Shown: piece after piece, positions 26,928 through 37,102 of the stretch | Position numbering within the stretch: position 1 is the stretch's first letter | How the letters are laid out: each line of letters opens with the position of its first letter | Assembly (NCBI GenBank): GCA_009845545.1 | Contig: VXZK01000018.1 | Span: 1 to 46,986, forward strand | Source of the DNA: Candidatus Poribacteria bacterium | Lineage (GTDB): Bacteria; Poribacteria; WGA-4E; WGA-3G | Length of the DNA: 46,986 nucleotides | Reading direction: 5' to 3' | The notes under the pieces: generated by a model | The model's input: the letters and a program-made list of their open reading frames with translations, nothing else | The model's database searches: none | What the model was told of the DNA's origin: nothing | Translations under genes and position numbers: made by a program

Positions 26928-27635
26928 ATGGAACTGACTCCGCAAGAAATCCAACTGTTTCGCCACAATGGCTTCATCAAATTTCCGACCCAACTCTCTA
27001 CCGATCACGTAGCGGCATTAAAAACGGCGGCGTTGAAGGACATAGCGGAAGGCGTAGAACCTGTTGCACGTCAAGATGACAGAATTATCCGCATCTCCGC
27101 AATTTGGGAGCGCGGCGGTATCTTCCAAGAGACGATCACATGTGATGAAATTCTCAACCCATTGGAATCGCTATTGGGTTCGGATATAGAATTCGTGTTA
27201 AATCGCCACAATCATGTCTATCTCCGAGATGCGGGTTCAAGTCATTCGCTGGCGTTACATCGCGATGTCCGTCACTGGTCACGGACAATAGCGACTGTCT
27301 TGGTCTATTTGGAGGACACAAATTTAGAAAATGGTTGTACACGGGTTGTGCCTGGATCACACCACTTACCCGCTTTCGCTAATCTTCAAGATGAAACACT
27401 ACAAGAGATCGCTGCGAGTCAAGCGATTCCGTTACCGATGCCAGCAGGCGGTTTGCTCGCCATTGATAGCATGATAATCCATTCGGCAGGCATCAATCGG
27501 ACAGATAGCACGCGGATGAGTATGACGCTCGGTTATCATAGTGCGGATGAACTCACGTGGGAAGAAAATCCGCGGAGAGTGCTTGTCCGTGGCACGCGAC
27601 CGTATCGCGGTAACGACAAGCCAGGGGAATATTAG
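26928..27635 (+). CDS. Phytanoyl-CoA dioxygenase (PhyH) family protein
   Basis: LTPQEIQLFRHNGFI, LHRD, YLEDTNLENGCTRVVPGSH, IHSAGINRTDSTR. Confidence 0.88.
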   Translation: MELTPQEIQLFRHNGFIKFPTQLSTDHVAALKTAALKDIAEGVEPVARQDDRIIRISAIWERGGIFQETITCDEILNPLESLLGSDIEFVLNRHNHVYLRDAGSSHSLALHRDVRHWSRTIATVLVYLEDTNLENGCTRVVPGSHHLPAFANLQDETLQEIAASQAIPLPMPAGGLLAIDSMIIHSAGINRTDSTRMSMTLGYHSADELTWEENPRRVLVRGTRPYRGNDKPGEY

Positions 27636-27744
27636 TATCCGGGCGAAATTTGTTCTGCTATTGAGATCGACTTGCAAGCAATACCTGAAAACCATTTTGG
27701 TAAGGGTTATTTTTATTATTTTTTCGGAAAAAAGTAATTTTTTC

Positions 27745-27773
27745 TTGACAAACATTAGCCGATGTGGTATACT
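27745..27773 (+). promoter_or_regulatory. Sigma70 promoter of the tRNA operon with AT-rich UP element
   Basis: TTGACA (27745-50), 17-bp spacer, TG-n-TATACT (27768-73); A/T tracts immediately upstream. Confidence 0.8.
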
Positions 27774-27812
27774 TAATAACGTCCTTGAGGTGAGATGCTA
27801 TAATCTCATTTT

Positions 27813-27886
27813 GGGCGGGTAGCTCAGGTGGCTAGAGCGACAGCCTTACAAGCTGTAGGTCACAGGTTCAAGTCCTGTCCCGCCTA
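27813..27886 (+). tRNA. tRNA-Val (anticodon TAC)
   Basis: Acceptor GGGCGGG/CCCGCCT, D arm GCTC/GAGC, anticodon arm ACAGC-CTTACAA-GCTGT, T arm ACAGG-TTCAAGT-CCTGT; CCA not encoded. Confidence 0.96.
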
Positions 27887-27905
27887 CCTGTTAGGTGATC
27901 TTTAT

Positions 27906-27980
27906 GGGCTCGTGGCGCAGTTGGTTTAGCGCGCCTGCCTGTCACGCAGGAGGTCGCGGGTTCAAGTCCCGTCGGGCCCG
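27906..27980 (+). tRNA. tRNA-Asp (anticodon GTC)
   Basis: Acceptor GGGCTCG/CGGGCCC, anticodon arm CCTGC-CTGTCAC-GCAGG, T arm GCGGG-TTCAAGT-CCCGT, discriminator G; CCA not encoded. Confidence 0.96.
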
Positions 27981-27998
27981 TTTTTATTATACCGAATT

Positions 27999-28034
27999 AG
28001 CCACAGGTTGTGTCTTACAATGCTGTGGTTTTTT
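27999..28034 (+). terminator. Intrinsic terminator after the tRNA pair
   Basis: AGCCACAG...CTGTGGTT stem with inner TTGT/ACAA pairing, followed by a T run. Confidence 0.65.
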
Positions 28035-28185
28035 CGTTACTGAACAACCTACCATAGTATTTATTCTCAGTATGCTATCTGTACCAACGAACCCAGCATG
28101 GAGATGTGAAGATGCAAACTGCAAGACAATCAGACACGTCCGCGCTTGCTGAATATAAACCCAAAAACGGAGGAATGACACTCTC

Positions 28186-29475
28186 GTGATTGATCTTAAA
28201 TTTATTCGCGAAAATACCGAAGACGTCCGCCAGATGTTAGCAGATCGGCATACGGAAGCTGATTTGGACCGGTTGGTAGCATTGGATACACGCTGGCGTG
28301 AGAATCTGACGCATACACAATCCCTTAAAGCACACCAAAACCGAGTCTCACAACAGATTGCTGAGCGCAAAAAGGCGAAACTGGATGCGACGGAGACTAT
28401 TGCCGAGATGCGGGAACTCTCCCAAAAAATCAAGGAACTCACTGCCGAAAACAACGATTCAAAAGCCGAGATAGACGCTATTCTACTGACGATTCCAAAT
28501 ATGCCCGAAGCAAGTACACCGGTTGGCACCTCTGAAGACGATAACATCGAAATTAAGACGTGGGGTGAATTGCCGAGTTTCGATTTTGAACTGAAACCGC
28601 ATTGGGAAATTGCTGAACAGTTGGATATCGTCGATTTTCAACGCGGTGCTAAGGTCGCGGGTAGCAACTTTGTGCTGTTCAAAGGCTTAGGGGCACGGTT
28701 AGAGCGCGCGCTGATTCAGTTCATGCTTGATTTGCACACAACACAGCACGGTTATACTGAAGTCTCTCCGCCGTTTCTCGCGAACCGTCCTACGATGACA
28801 GGGACAGGACAACTCCCGAAATTTGAGGCGGATATGTACCGCTGCGACAGGGACGAGGAAAATCGCGACAGCGATTTGTTCCTCATTCCAACAGCTGAAG
28901 TTCCTGTAACGAATCTGTTTGCAGGCGAGATCCTCTCCAGTGAAGATTTGCCTATCTATTACACTGCTTATACACCGTGTTTCCGGCGTGAAGCGGGTGC
29001 TTATGGCAAGGATACACGCGGTTTACAACGTATCCATCAATTTGATAAGGTAGAGATGGTGAAGTTTACGACCCCCGAAACCTCTTATACCGAACATGAA
29101 TCACTCTTAGCAAATGCCGAAAGCGTTTTGCAGGCGCTCGGGTTGCCGTATCGCGTTGTGCAACATTGCACAGTGGAACTCGGTTTCGCTGCAGCGAAAT
29201 GCTACGATATTGAGGTGTGGGCACCTGCGCGACAACGGTTTTTAGAGGTTTCTTCCTGTAGCAATTTTGAGGCGTTCCAAGCGCGTCGTGCGAATATCCG
29301 TTATCGTCCAGAAGCGGGGGCGAAACCGGAGTTCATCCATACGCTCAACGCGTCCGGTACTGCATTGCCACGCGTCGTCATTGCGCTCCTTGAAACGTAT
29401 CAGAACTCAGATGGCACAGTCCGTATACCTGCGGTGCTACAACCCTATATGGGTGGTCTGACGCAGATTGGATAA
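28186..29475 (+). CDS. serS: Serine--tRNA ligase
   Basis: [10 protein letters not shown] start, coiled-coil arm, [59 protein letters not shown]. Confidence 0.97.
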   Translation: MIDLKFIRENTEDVRQMLADRHTEADLDRLVALDTRWRENLTHTQSLKAHQNRVSQQIAERKKAKLDATETIAEMRELSQKIKELTAENNDSKAEIDAILLTIPNMPEASTPVGTSEDDNIEIKTWGELPSFDFELKPHWEIAEQLDIVDFQRGAKVAGSNFVLFKGLGARLERALIQFMLDLHTTQHGYTEVSPPFLANRPTMTGTGQLPKFEADMYRCDRDEENRDSDLFLIPTAEVPVTNLFAGEILSSEDLPIYYTAYTPCFRREAGAYGKDTRGLQRIHQFDKVEMVKFTTPETSYTEHESLLANAESVLQALGLPYRVVQHCTVELGFAAAKCYDIEVWAPARQRFLEVSSCSNFEAFQARRANIRYRPEAGAKPEFIHTLNASGTALPRVVIALLETYQNSDGTVRIPAVLQPYMGGLTQIG

Positions 29476-29550
29476 AATCAGATCATTCAATTTTCCATAG
29501 ACAATTTCCGAACTTGGGTTTGTAATCTATGCTTAACAAGGACGTTAAAC

Positions 29551-30534
29551 ATGGCAAGAAGTACCACTGACAAAATCAATACTGTCTTAACTCAAAACAC
29601 TTTTTGGTTCCAGACCAGAGCGTTTGCGGAAAAAAGCGAAGCAGATATTACTGCTCTAAAAGAAACCTTACTTGTTGTGAGAAATAATGTCCAAAACGAA
29701 GGCCTCAGCAAAAAGTTGATTGAAGATTTGATTCTGGAAAAGAAATATGGTTTCAAGGCTTTGCTGGCACTGACAGGGTTTTCTAATGAAACTTTTAAGA
29801 GGTTAATCACTTTTATCCGAATCATTGATGACAAGGAACTTTCAACACTCTCTTACAGAGATCATTGGCAAGAAGGTGTAGAATCAGGAAAATCTGGCAT
29901 ACAGGAATGGTCTAACTCAAAAATTGAGAAAAAGATCCGAGAGTGTCCGAATTTTAGAAAAGGGATTGTTAATCTTTTTTTTGAAGGATGTACTGTCCCC
30001 GTGCTTTCTGAAACACTTCCACTTTTCGAGCTAAAAAAATTAGGCGTTTCTAAGCTCAGTTTTGAGGTTGAGGCGATGATAGATACATTGATTCGCTATA
30101 AAGAGAAGGGTTCTTACTCTGGAAAGTCTCAGAATAACGCCGAAGTCATTATTCAAGAACTATTAGATAAGATGGAAATCAGTTTTGAAAAAAGTGTAGA
30201 TCTGAATAAGTTAAAGGAACATGCTCCGAATCAAAAGCGCACGATGGATTTTGTTATTCCTGACCGAGAGAACCCTAAAATTGTTATTGAGGCATCGTAC
30301 TTAATAACTACCTCCTCGGGACAAGGTGATAAAGCAAAAACGGAGGTAGCGGTGAGCCAACTTATTGCCAAACATTATCCGAATGTGCATTTTTGGGGAT
30401 TTGTTGATGGTATTGGGTGGTATGTCCGCAAAAAAGATTTGGAAAGGATAGTTGGTGCATTTGAGGATGTCTTTACTTTGAAGGAAACAGAGCTCAAACG
30501 CTTCAGCGAATTATTAACTGCCATTTTGAAATAG
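29551..30534 (+). CDS. Putative type II restriction endonuclease (PD-(D/E)XK-like, DpnII-like C-terminal core)
   Basis: MDFVIP...KIVIEASY...SSGQGDK and FWGFVDGIGW motifs; AT-rich; directly upstream of a DNA methyltransferase. Confidence 0.7.
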   Translation: MARSTTDKINTVLTQNTFWFQTRAFAEKSEADITALKETLLVVRNNVQNEGLSKKLIEDLILEKKYGFKALLALTGFSNETFKRLITFIRIIDDKELSTLSYRDHWQEGVESGKSGIQEWSNSKIEKKIRECPNFRKGIVNLFFEGCTVPVLSETLPLFELKKLGVSKLSFEVEAMIDTLIRYKEKGSYSGKSQNNAEVIIQELLDKMEISFEKSVDLNKLKEHAPNQKRTMDFVIPDRENPKIVIEASYLITTSSGQGDKAKTEVAVSQLIAKHYPNVHFWGFVDGIGWYVRKKDLERIVGAFEDVFTLKETELKRFSELLTAILK

Positions 30535-30575
30535 CGTTGTGTTGACAAACACTCGTGGATTGTTTAAGGTGCGTT

Positions 30576-31547
30576 ATGAAAAAATATATCAATAAAATCA
30601 TTCACGGCGATTGCATAGAAGTCATGCGGGAGATACCTTCAAACAGCATTGACGTTACATTTGCGGATCCGCCCTTCAATTTGAAAAAGAAGTACGGAAC
30701 TTACAAGGACGAAAAAGAGACAGACGATTATTTGAGTTGGTGTAGACAATGGATTATGGAGATGGTCAGAATTACGAAGCCGAGTGGCTCCATCTTTGTT
30801 CACAACATCCCAAAATGGTTAACCTTTTATACGAGTTTCTTAAACGAAGCCGCAGATTTTCGGCATTGGATCGCGTGGGACGCGCCAACTGCTCCAATGG
30901 GTAAGACCTTACAACCGTCGCACTACGGCATCTTGTTCTACGCGAAAAATCAACAGGAAAACAAATTTTATGAAATCCGCTATCCGCATAAACGGTGTCG
31001 AAAATGCGGGTATCTGTTGAAAGACTACGGTGGGAAAAAGAAGATTTTGCACCCGTTTGGTCCCCTCGTTTCTGATGTTTGGTCAGATATTCATCGCATT
31101 CGCCATAACAAACATAGAGATCCGCACCCTTGCCAACTCCCAATTCATCTCTTAGAACGTCTCATTTTGATGAGCACGGATGAAGGGGATATAATTTTAG
31201 ATCCGTTTATGGGGACCGGCACAACAGCCGTTGCGGCCGCAAGATTGGGCAGAAAAGTTATCGGTATAGACCTTGATCCGCAATATGTAGAAATTACACA
31301 AAGAAAACTGGAGCAAGAATCCGCAAACTCTAAGATCGGCGATATATGGGTGAGTTTTCACCGCGGCGAAATCATCACGATTGCTGATAAAGATTGGGAG
31401 CCGCTGAAGTCACATTTTGTGATTCCAGAAGACATGCGGCGTATTGATTTTGAAAAGATTAAAACCGGTAGCGCAGTAATAGCAACAACCCCTCAAACAT
31501 TACAACTTCACTTGGAAATCGAAGAAGAGGCATGCGATTGCTATTAA
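30576..31547 (+). CDS. N4/N6 DNA methyltransferase (beta class)
   Basis: NKIIHGDC, FADPPFN (motif IV), HPCQLP, ILDPFMGTGTT (motif I). Likely start is ATG 30576. Confidence 0.92.
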   Translation: MKKYINKIIHGDCIEVMREIPSNSIDVTFADPPFNLKKKYGTYKDEKETDDYLSWCRQWIMEMVRITKPSGSIFVHNIPKWLTFYTSFLNEAADFRHWIAWDAPTAPMGKTLQPSHYGILFYAKNQQENKFYEIRYPHKRCRKCGYLLKDYGGKKKILHPFGPLVSDVWSDIHRIRHNKHRDPHPCQLPIHLLERLILMSTDEGDIILDPFMGTGTTAVAAARLGRKVIGIDLDPQYVEITQRKLEQESANSKIGDIWVSFHRGEIITIADKDWEPLKSHFVIPEDMRRIDFEKIKTGSAVIATTPQTLQLHLEIEEEACDCY

Positions 31548-31559
31548 TGCAAAGTTACA

Positions 31560-31582
31560 GCACAGCGGAGTGTGCCTACTAC
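31560..31582 (-). repeat. GTAG-type REP between convergent genes
   Basis: Reverse complement GTAGTAGGCACACTCCGCTGTGC with a GCACA/TGTGC palindrome, between the MTase and bioB stop codons. Confidence 0.55.
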
Positions 31583-31584
31583 TT

Positions 31585-32658
31585 TTAAGATTTCATGCGC
31601 GGTCGAAGCACTTTTAGTTCTTTGAGAAGTACATCTCTTTTCTCTATGTCGTCCTGATTGAGTTGTTCAACGTCTTCAGCGTTTGTTTTCACCGTAAATC
31701 CGGCATCCTTGATCATCTCCACTGTCCGCGATGCCGTCGAACCTTCCGCATTTAGGTAGCCATCAATAAACATTGAATTTGCTGGATAGAGTGCCATCAC
31801 CTCCATACTTCTTAGGTGGTGTTCTCTACCTGCGGCGACCCTTATCTCTGCTCGTGGATTCAAGAATCGGTACAGACACAGGACTCGGAGACAATAATCT
31901 GGTGTCAGCGTTGGGGTTTCTGACAACTGCGTACCGGAGATCGGTAAGAAAAAGTTGACCGGAAGTGAGGCGACCTCAAGCTGACGGAGCGATTTGGCAA
32001 CCTGAATTAAGTCGTCTGTTCCTTCACCCATTCCTACGATTACACCTGAACAACAGGCGATCCCAACCGTTTGTGCGGCTTGTAGCGTCTCCATCCGATC
32101 CTGATACGTGTGCGTGCTACAGATATTTGGATAGTGGGCTTCGGAAGTATTCAGATTATGGTTTAACCTATCCAATCCCGCCGCTTTCAGGGTATGAGCG
32201 GATTCTATGTCAATTAGCCCTGCGGAGAGACATACCTCAATCGGATAGCGTGTCTTTACAGTGTGAATGAGTTCTGCGAGATGCGATACGCGTTTCGGCG
32301 AGGGGCCGCGTCCACTCATGACAATGCAGTAACGATACGCGCCTGATTCATAAGCGCGTTTTGCTTCTTCCAGAATCTCAGCATCGGGTTTTAAGGGATA
32401 AGCCTCAATGTCTGTCGTTGCTGAACTTGCCTGCGCGCAATAGCCACAATCCTCTGGGCAGTAGCCGTTTTGTGCGTTGTTGAGGATATGGAGTTGCACC
32501 TCGTTCTGGAAGTAAGTTTTGCGAACTTGGTATGCAGCATCCAATAGCGGAAGTAATTCCACGTCCGACCCAGCGAGTATCTTTTCACAACAGGCATCGG
32601 AGAGCAATTTGTCTTGGAGGCTGGTGGTTGTTAATTCATGATAAAATGTAGTCTTCAT
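31585..32658 (-). CDS. bioB: Biotin synthase
   Basis: Radical SAM motif CPEDCGYCAQ, EVCLSAG, RLNHNLNTS, CSGVIVGMGE, SLPVNF, IRVAAGRE, ANSMF. Confidence 0.95.
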   Translation of the reverse strand: MKTTFYHELTTTSLQDKLLSDACCEKILAGSDVELLPLLDAAYQVRKTYFQNEVQLHILNNAQNGYCPEDCGYCAQASSATTDIEAYPLKPDAEILEEAKRAYESGAYRYCIVMSGRGPSPKRVSHLAELIHTVKTRYPIEVCLSAGLIDIESAHTLKAAGLDRLNHNLNTSEAHYPNICSTHTYQDRMETLQAAQTVGIACCSGVIVGMGEGTDDLIQVAKSLRQLEVASLPVNFFLPISGTQLSETPTLTPDYCLRVLCLYRFLNPRAEIRVAAGREHHLRSMEVMALYPANSMFIDGYLNAEGSTASRTVEMIKDAGFTVKTNAEDVEQLNQDDIEKRDVLLKELKVLRPRMKS

Positions 32659-32733
32659 ATTTTTAACAATTGGGTTTCTGCTCCGATTTTTCAGGGTTTT
32701 CGATCGATGTCAACCACATTGATTACAATTAAA

Positions 32734-33552
32734 CTATTTAATATTCCATGCAATGTCAGTTGCATTAAAGACAGGTCCCTCGGTACAAACGCGTTGGTAT
32801 TCAATAGTGTTCATGTCAATATGGACAGGGCACACACAACCGAGACACACTCCCATTGCACACCCCATCCGATTTTCCATAGCGATTTGCGTTGGGACTT
32901 CAAAATCAGCGGTTATCTCTGCGACAGCGGAAAGCATCCCGTGTGGCCCGCATGCATAAACCGTTGGACTCTGCCAAGCGGTATTCTCAAGCAGGTCTGC
33001 GAGGATGTCAGTGACATACCCGTGATGCCCGATGCTTCCATCGTCCGTAGTTACATGTACTTCAATGTCAATTGCTTCTAAATCCTTGACACTCAAGAGT
33101 CGGGCATGATGCTGAGCCCCTACCAATCCGAGTGTGTGTATACCGTTTTTACGCAGTGCTACAGCCAGCAACATAAGTGAAGCGATTCCTGCACCGCCGC
33201 CAACGAGAATTGCGGGTTCGGGTTTGGTGGTAAAATCAAATGTATTGCCGAGCGGGCCCAACACCTGTATCGGTTCACCTTCCAGCATTTGCGACAATCG
33301 CTGCGTTCCTTCGCCGATAATCTGATAAAGCATCGTAATCTCGGGTCCGTCAACTGTATAGATTGTGAACGGGCGGCGGAGGAGCATACCGGTATCTTGT
33401 GAAATCATAACGTGGACGAACTGCCCCGGCCGTGCATGTTGCGCGATTTCGGGGCATTCACAACGCAATAGGTAGTGTGCTTCCGCTACCGCCTCGTTTG
33501 AGAGAATAACGGTATGGAGATCATAAGTGCTCGATAAACGGTCATTTGGCAT
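32734..33552 (-). CDS. pyrK: Dihydroorotate dehydrogenase electron transfer subunit
   Basis: PGQFVHV, LRRPFTI, GPLGNTF, VGGGAGIA, TDDGS, YACGP, and [2Fe-2S] motif MGCAMGVCLGC...VCTEGPVF. Likely start is ATG 33552. Confidence 0.88.
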   Translation of the reverse strand: MPNDRLSSTYDLHTVILSNEAVAEAHYLLRCECPEIAQHARPGQFVHVMISQDTGMLLRRPFTIYTVDGPEITMLYQIIGEGTQRLSQMLEGEPIQVLGPLGNTFDFTTKPEPAILVGGGAGIASLMLLAVALRKNGIHTLGLVGAQHHARLLSVKDLEAIDIEVHVTTDDGSIGHHGYVTDILADLLENTAWQSPTVYACGPHGMLSAVAEITADFEVPTQIAMENRMGCAMGVCLGCVCPVHIDMNTIEYQRVCTEGPVFNATDIAWNIK

Positions 33553-33772
33553 AGCATATATGTTACCACGAAAAATTGGATGTGGCAAGGCTATTCTACG
33601 CCTGGGGGGCAAAATATGTTTTTTACTATCTTTTTAAGAATAGCGGTATCTATAAGAGTTGAAACAACATTCTGTTTCCGTCAGTTGACCCCCAACGGTT
33701 CTGACAGTAAAGAATTTATTTGCAATTTTTGGGAATTATGCTATGATTATGCCCCAAGGAGAATAAGATATA

Positions 33773-34717
33773 ATGAAAAATATATTGAAGTTCCGCAGTG
33801 ATCGACGTTTCAAAATTGTGCAATTTACCGATATTCATTGGCATAACGGTGAACCGCCCGACCAACAATCAGCAGCCCTGATGACACAAATCGCAGCAGT
33901 AGAATCCCCGGATTTAATTGTGTTGACGGGTGATATTTTGGCGGGTGGTGGATGCGATGATGCTGCCGATTCCCTCCGAGAGGTCGTTAAAATTGTAGAA
34001 GGATGCGGAATTCCGTGGGCAGCGGTTTTCGGCAACCATGATGACGAAGGCAGTGCCGATCGTCATGAGTTGATGGCAGTTATGCAAGATAGCAACCTGT
34101 CTCTCTCAGAACCAGGTCCCGAAGATATACCAGGCGTCGGTAATTACGTTTTACCCGTCCAAAATTCTGAAGAGGAAGTAGCTGCTGCAGTGCTTTATTT
34201 TCTGGATTCGGGTAGTTATGCGCCAACAGACATTGGCGGCTACGATTGGATTAGACGGGAGCAAATTGTATGGTATCTGCAAGAATCAGCAAAGTTCACC
34301 GCTGCAGCGGGGCATCCACTTCCTGCCCTTGCGTTTTTCCACATCCCAATTCCGGAATATGATGAGGTGTGGGATTTTCATACCTGCTACGGTGTGAAAT
34401 ATGAGAACGTTTGCGCGCCTCAGATTAATACCGGATTTTTTGCTGCGATGCACGAAGCGGGCGATGTGTTGGGAACCTTTGTTGGGCATGAACATATCAA
34501 CGATTTCTGGGGCGATCTACACGGTATCCGTCTCTGCTATGGTCGTGCGACTGGCTACAATACGTACGGCAGAGAAGGGTTTCCGCGCGGTGCACGTGTC
34601 ATTCAGTTACAGGAAGGGATGCGGCAATTTGAGACATGGCTCCATCTTGACGACGGTGTCATCATTCGTTCCCAACCCGAACATACACCGCTCCAACGAA
34701 CTTTTACTGAGGATTAA
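33773..34717 (+). CDS. Calcineurin-like metallophosphoesterase (DCR2/PAP-like subgroup)
   Basis: FKIVQFTDIH, VLTGD, FGNHDDE, FFHIPIPEY, FVGHEHIND, GYNTYG...RGARVI. Confidence 0.88.
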   Translation: MKNILKFRSDRRFKIVQFTDIHWHNGEPPDQQSAALMTQIAAVESPDLIVLTGDILAGGGCDDAADSLREVVKIVEGCGIPWAAVFGNHDDEGSADRHELMAVMQDSNLSLSEPGPEDIPGVGNYVLPVQNSEEEVAAAVLYFLDSGSYAPTDIGGYDWIRREQIVWYLQESAKFTAAAGHPLPALAFFHIPIPEYDEVWDFHTCYGVKYENVCAPQINTGFFAAMHEAGDVLGTFVGHEHINDFWGDLHGIRLCYGRATGYNTYGREGFPRGARVIQLQEGMRQFETWLHLDDGVIIRSQPEHTPLQRTFTED

Positions 34718-34768
34718 TAGGTTATATTGCGACTAATGATCAGATTCAACGAATTATAGGAGGGAATT

Positions 34769-35113
34769 GTGAGAGCAAATTCTCAAATCTCAGTTCGACA
34801 CGAAGGAAAAATCGCTATATTTGACATCACGGGGTACCTTACGGATGCGTCTGAAACTATTTTGAGTGACGCTTACGCTGACGTAGAGGTTCAAGCCGCC
34901 GAAAAAGTGCTACTTAACTTTGAACGACGCAGTTTCATTACAAGCAGTGGGTTCGGTGAGATTATCAGATTACTTTGGAAGATGCGGGAGAAGGGACAAG
35001 TTCTACGTGTCGCACACCCATCTACGCAGGTCCGTAATATTTTTAACACCATCGGTCTAACGCAAAGCATAGGTGTCTTTGAATCGGAAGCAGAGGCACT
35101 GGAAGACTTTTAA
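34769..35113 (+). CDS. STAS domain protein (anti-sigma factor antagonist)
   Basis: 114 aa; KVLLNF...FITSSGFG (DSSG-like), VRNIFNTIGL, FESEAEAL; GTG start with AGGAGG RBS. Confidence 0.85.
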   Translation: MRANSQISVRHEGKIAIFDITGYLTDASETILSDAYADVEVQAAEKVLLNFERRSFITSSGFGEIIRLLWKMREKGQVLRVAHPSTQVRNIFNTIGLTQSIGVFESEAEALEDF

Positions 35114-35138
35114 CGCATTTTCCTGTTGACTGAAATTT

Positions 35139-37031
35139 TTATGGAAAAAGGGTGTACATATTCATATTCAAGACCACTCCGAGTAAACTCCAGAAGCTTC
35201 CGGCGAGGAACTGACCGAATACGAACCCCAAGAAAAGCGGTAACGCCCGGCGATAGGCTCGCACCCCACCCCCGGCGAAAAGTAATTGTTTAAAGAGCCA
35301 TCCCAAAAAGATTGAGAACCACATCCAACCGATAGCCCAACCGTTGCCGACAGCATAACCGACAGGATAAAACGGCCACCACAAAAACTGACGTTTCAGA
35401 AACGTCAGTACACCGGTAAACAAAAAACCGAATGCGATATGTTGAATAGCCGGTAAATTCGGTGCTCGTGGTGCTATAATCCAGCTTTGCAAACGGTTAA
35501 ATTCGCCAACGCCCCACCGTGCGAACCGGTATTCATAATAGAGTGCGACATGTCCGACAATCGAAACGATTGTCCCAACGACTGATGCGACAATAAGTGC
35601 CACAACCAACCGGTTTTCAAGCAATCGGAATTGTCTGCCGATTTTAAATGCCTCTAACTGATGTGGCATCGGATGGCATCGGTATCCATACGCAAGCCAA
35701 GACAGTAGGGTTGTGTTGGTTAGATTTTGCGCGCCTAACGGACGACTGCCTCCGAATAGTAACATAATCCTGTCTGGGTGCATATTGTGTAATTCATGTG
35801 TTGGGGGCCCGAGTTCCGCTCGCATACGTGTCATTGCGATGCATAACACCAAATAGATCCCGAAATAACCGAGCGCGACCCACGGTGAAAGCCCGGCGAA
35901 ATACCAGAATACCAGGACGAATGCCATACCGATTATCAACCCGAAAACCGCGAGTCGGTATAAGCCATCTTTTGACCTAAAGGAGAATACACCGGTAAGT
36001 ATCTCCCAAATCTGCCGCCGACTCGTGACGAGCGCGAGTGCACCGATTCCGAGCCATGCCCCGCCCCGTTGTTCGGTTTGTAAACCGATAGCCGTTGTCC
36101 ACCCTGTCGCGCTGAAAAAGACGCGCTGTGCCCCCCAAAACAGATAGAAGAACCACAAGGATAACGACAAATCCAGCGGCATGAGGTAGCCAAATCCTAT
36201 TGCAAACGGATAGATATAGATCGGCAAACGTCCCATTGCGTTCCACGGTCGGTCAGCAAAATAGAGTTGATATTTGATTTTGAGGGAAGGTATCACAGGA
36301 AAGAGATAGTTCAAGCCTGCCAGCATCTCTAATCCGAACGCGATGCCGAAACCGAGCCAAATGAGTTTATTCCGAAAAAGCGCGGATGTGTTGCCGAGCA
36401 GCTCAACAGGCAGCGTCGTTAAGGGGTAACTCAATTTCTCGTGGTCAATCCACTGCTTCCTTATGATAATATTGACACATAGCATCATAAACAGGAGAAC
36501 AATGACCAATCCGCTCCACGCCACGATGGGCCACAGCCACGCTTCCATGTACTGTTTCTGCCAAAATGTATCATCGCCTTCAAAATAGCCTTGCAGAATA
36601 CCGCGGTCGGTAATCGTTAACCATGTTGGCATGAATCGGAAGAAGAGGTCTGCCCACTCATTTTCAGGTGTTGCGAACCATCCGGCATTAGCAATCATCG
36701 GTACTAATTGTCGAACGATGTCGTGTCCTGCGAGTGCGGTCGCCACGGATACCATTATATAGGTCAGTGCGAGTTCGCGCGATGTCGGTGCGAAACCTTT
36801 GAATACCTTTTTGAGGAGCGGGGTAATGAGCGCCAAAAGAAAGAACGTAAAAAGCACAGTGGGAAAAATCGAAAAATCGGTAAGTTCCCACACGACACGA
36901 TTTTCTGCGGAAATAATCCAATAACAGGTGAGAATAATAAGGATTGAACCGAAGACGAGTGTCCCGAAAAGAAAACGGAGTGTTGAGGATTTTTGGTTAC
37001 TCTCAGTCGTACTTTGTGCTTTGTGCTGCAT
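35139..37031 (-). CDS. DUF6785/DUF6784-type polytopic membrane protein (putative transporter)
   Basis: WFATPENEW, IIRKQWIDHEKLSYPL, TRMRAELGPPTH, HPMPHQLEAFK, WWPFYPVGY, GFVFGQF; many TM helices. Confidence 0.78.
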   Translation of the reverse strand: MQHKAQSTTESNQKSSTLRFLFGTLVFGSILIILTCYWIISAENRVVWELTDFSIFPTVLFTFFLLALITPLLKKVFKGFAPTSRELALTYIMVSVATALAGHDIVRQLVPMIANAGWFATPENEWADLFFRFMPTWLTITDRGILQGYFEGDDTFWQKQYMEAWLWPIVAWSGLVIVLLFMMLCVNIIIRKQWIDHEKLSYPLTTLPVELLGNTSALFRNKLIWLGFGIAFGLEMLAGLNYLFPVIPSLKIKYQLYFADRPWNAMGRLPIYIYPFAIGFGYLMPLDLSLSLWFFYLFWGAQRVFFSATGWTTAIGLQTEQRGGAWLGIGALALVTSRRQIWEILTGVFSFRSKDGLYRLAVFGLIIGMAFVLVFWYFAGLSPWVALGYFGIYLVLCIAMTRMRAELGPPTHELHNMHPDRIMLLFGGSRPLGAQNLTNTTLLSWLAYGYRCHPMPHQLEAFKIGRQFRLLENRLVVALIVASVVGTIVSIVGHVALYYEYRFARWGVGEFNRLQSWIIAPRAPNLPAIQHIAFGFLFTGVLTFLKRQFLWWPFYPVGYAVGNGWAIGWMWFSIFLGWLFKQLLFAGGGVRAYRRALPLFLGFVFGQFLAGSFWSLLGVVLNMNMYTLFP

Positions 37032-37102
37032 GGTTACAGTATACCATATCGGTTAGTGCTGAGGCAAGGATATGTACCTGCTTGCAGTGCGGAGCTTCGA
37101 GA

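Noticed and set aside
28035-28185. T-box riboswitch upstream of serS
   Set aside because: No T-box consensus (GGTGGNACCGCG) or terminator/antiterminator is visible, and the leader is short.
27895-28547. ORFs 27895-28152 (+) and 27987-28547 (-)
   Set aside because: They overlap tRNA-Asp or are antisense to serS; shadow ORFs.
27906-31582. tRNA-anchored genomic island carrying the R-M genes
   Set aside because: No integrase and no duplicated tRNA 3' end; the housekeeping gene serS separates the tRNAs from the R-M pair.
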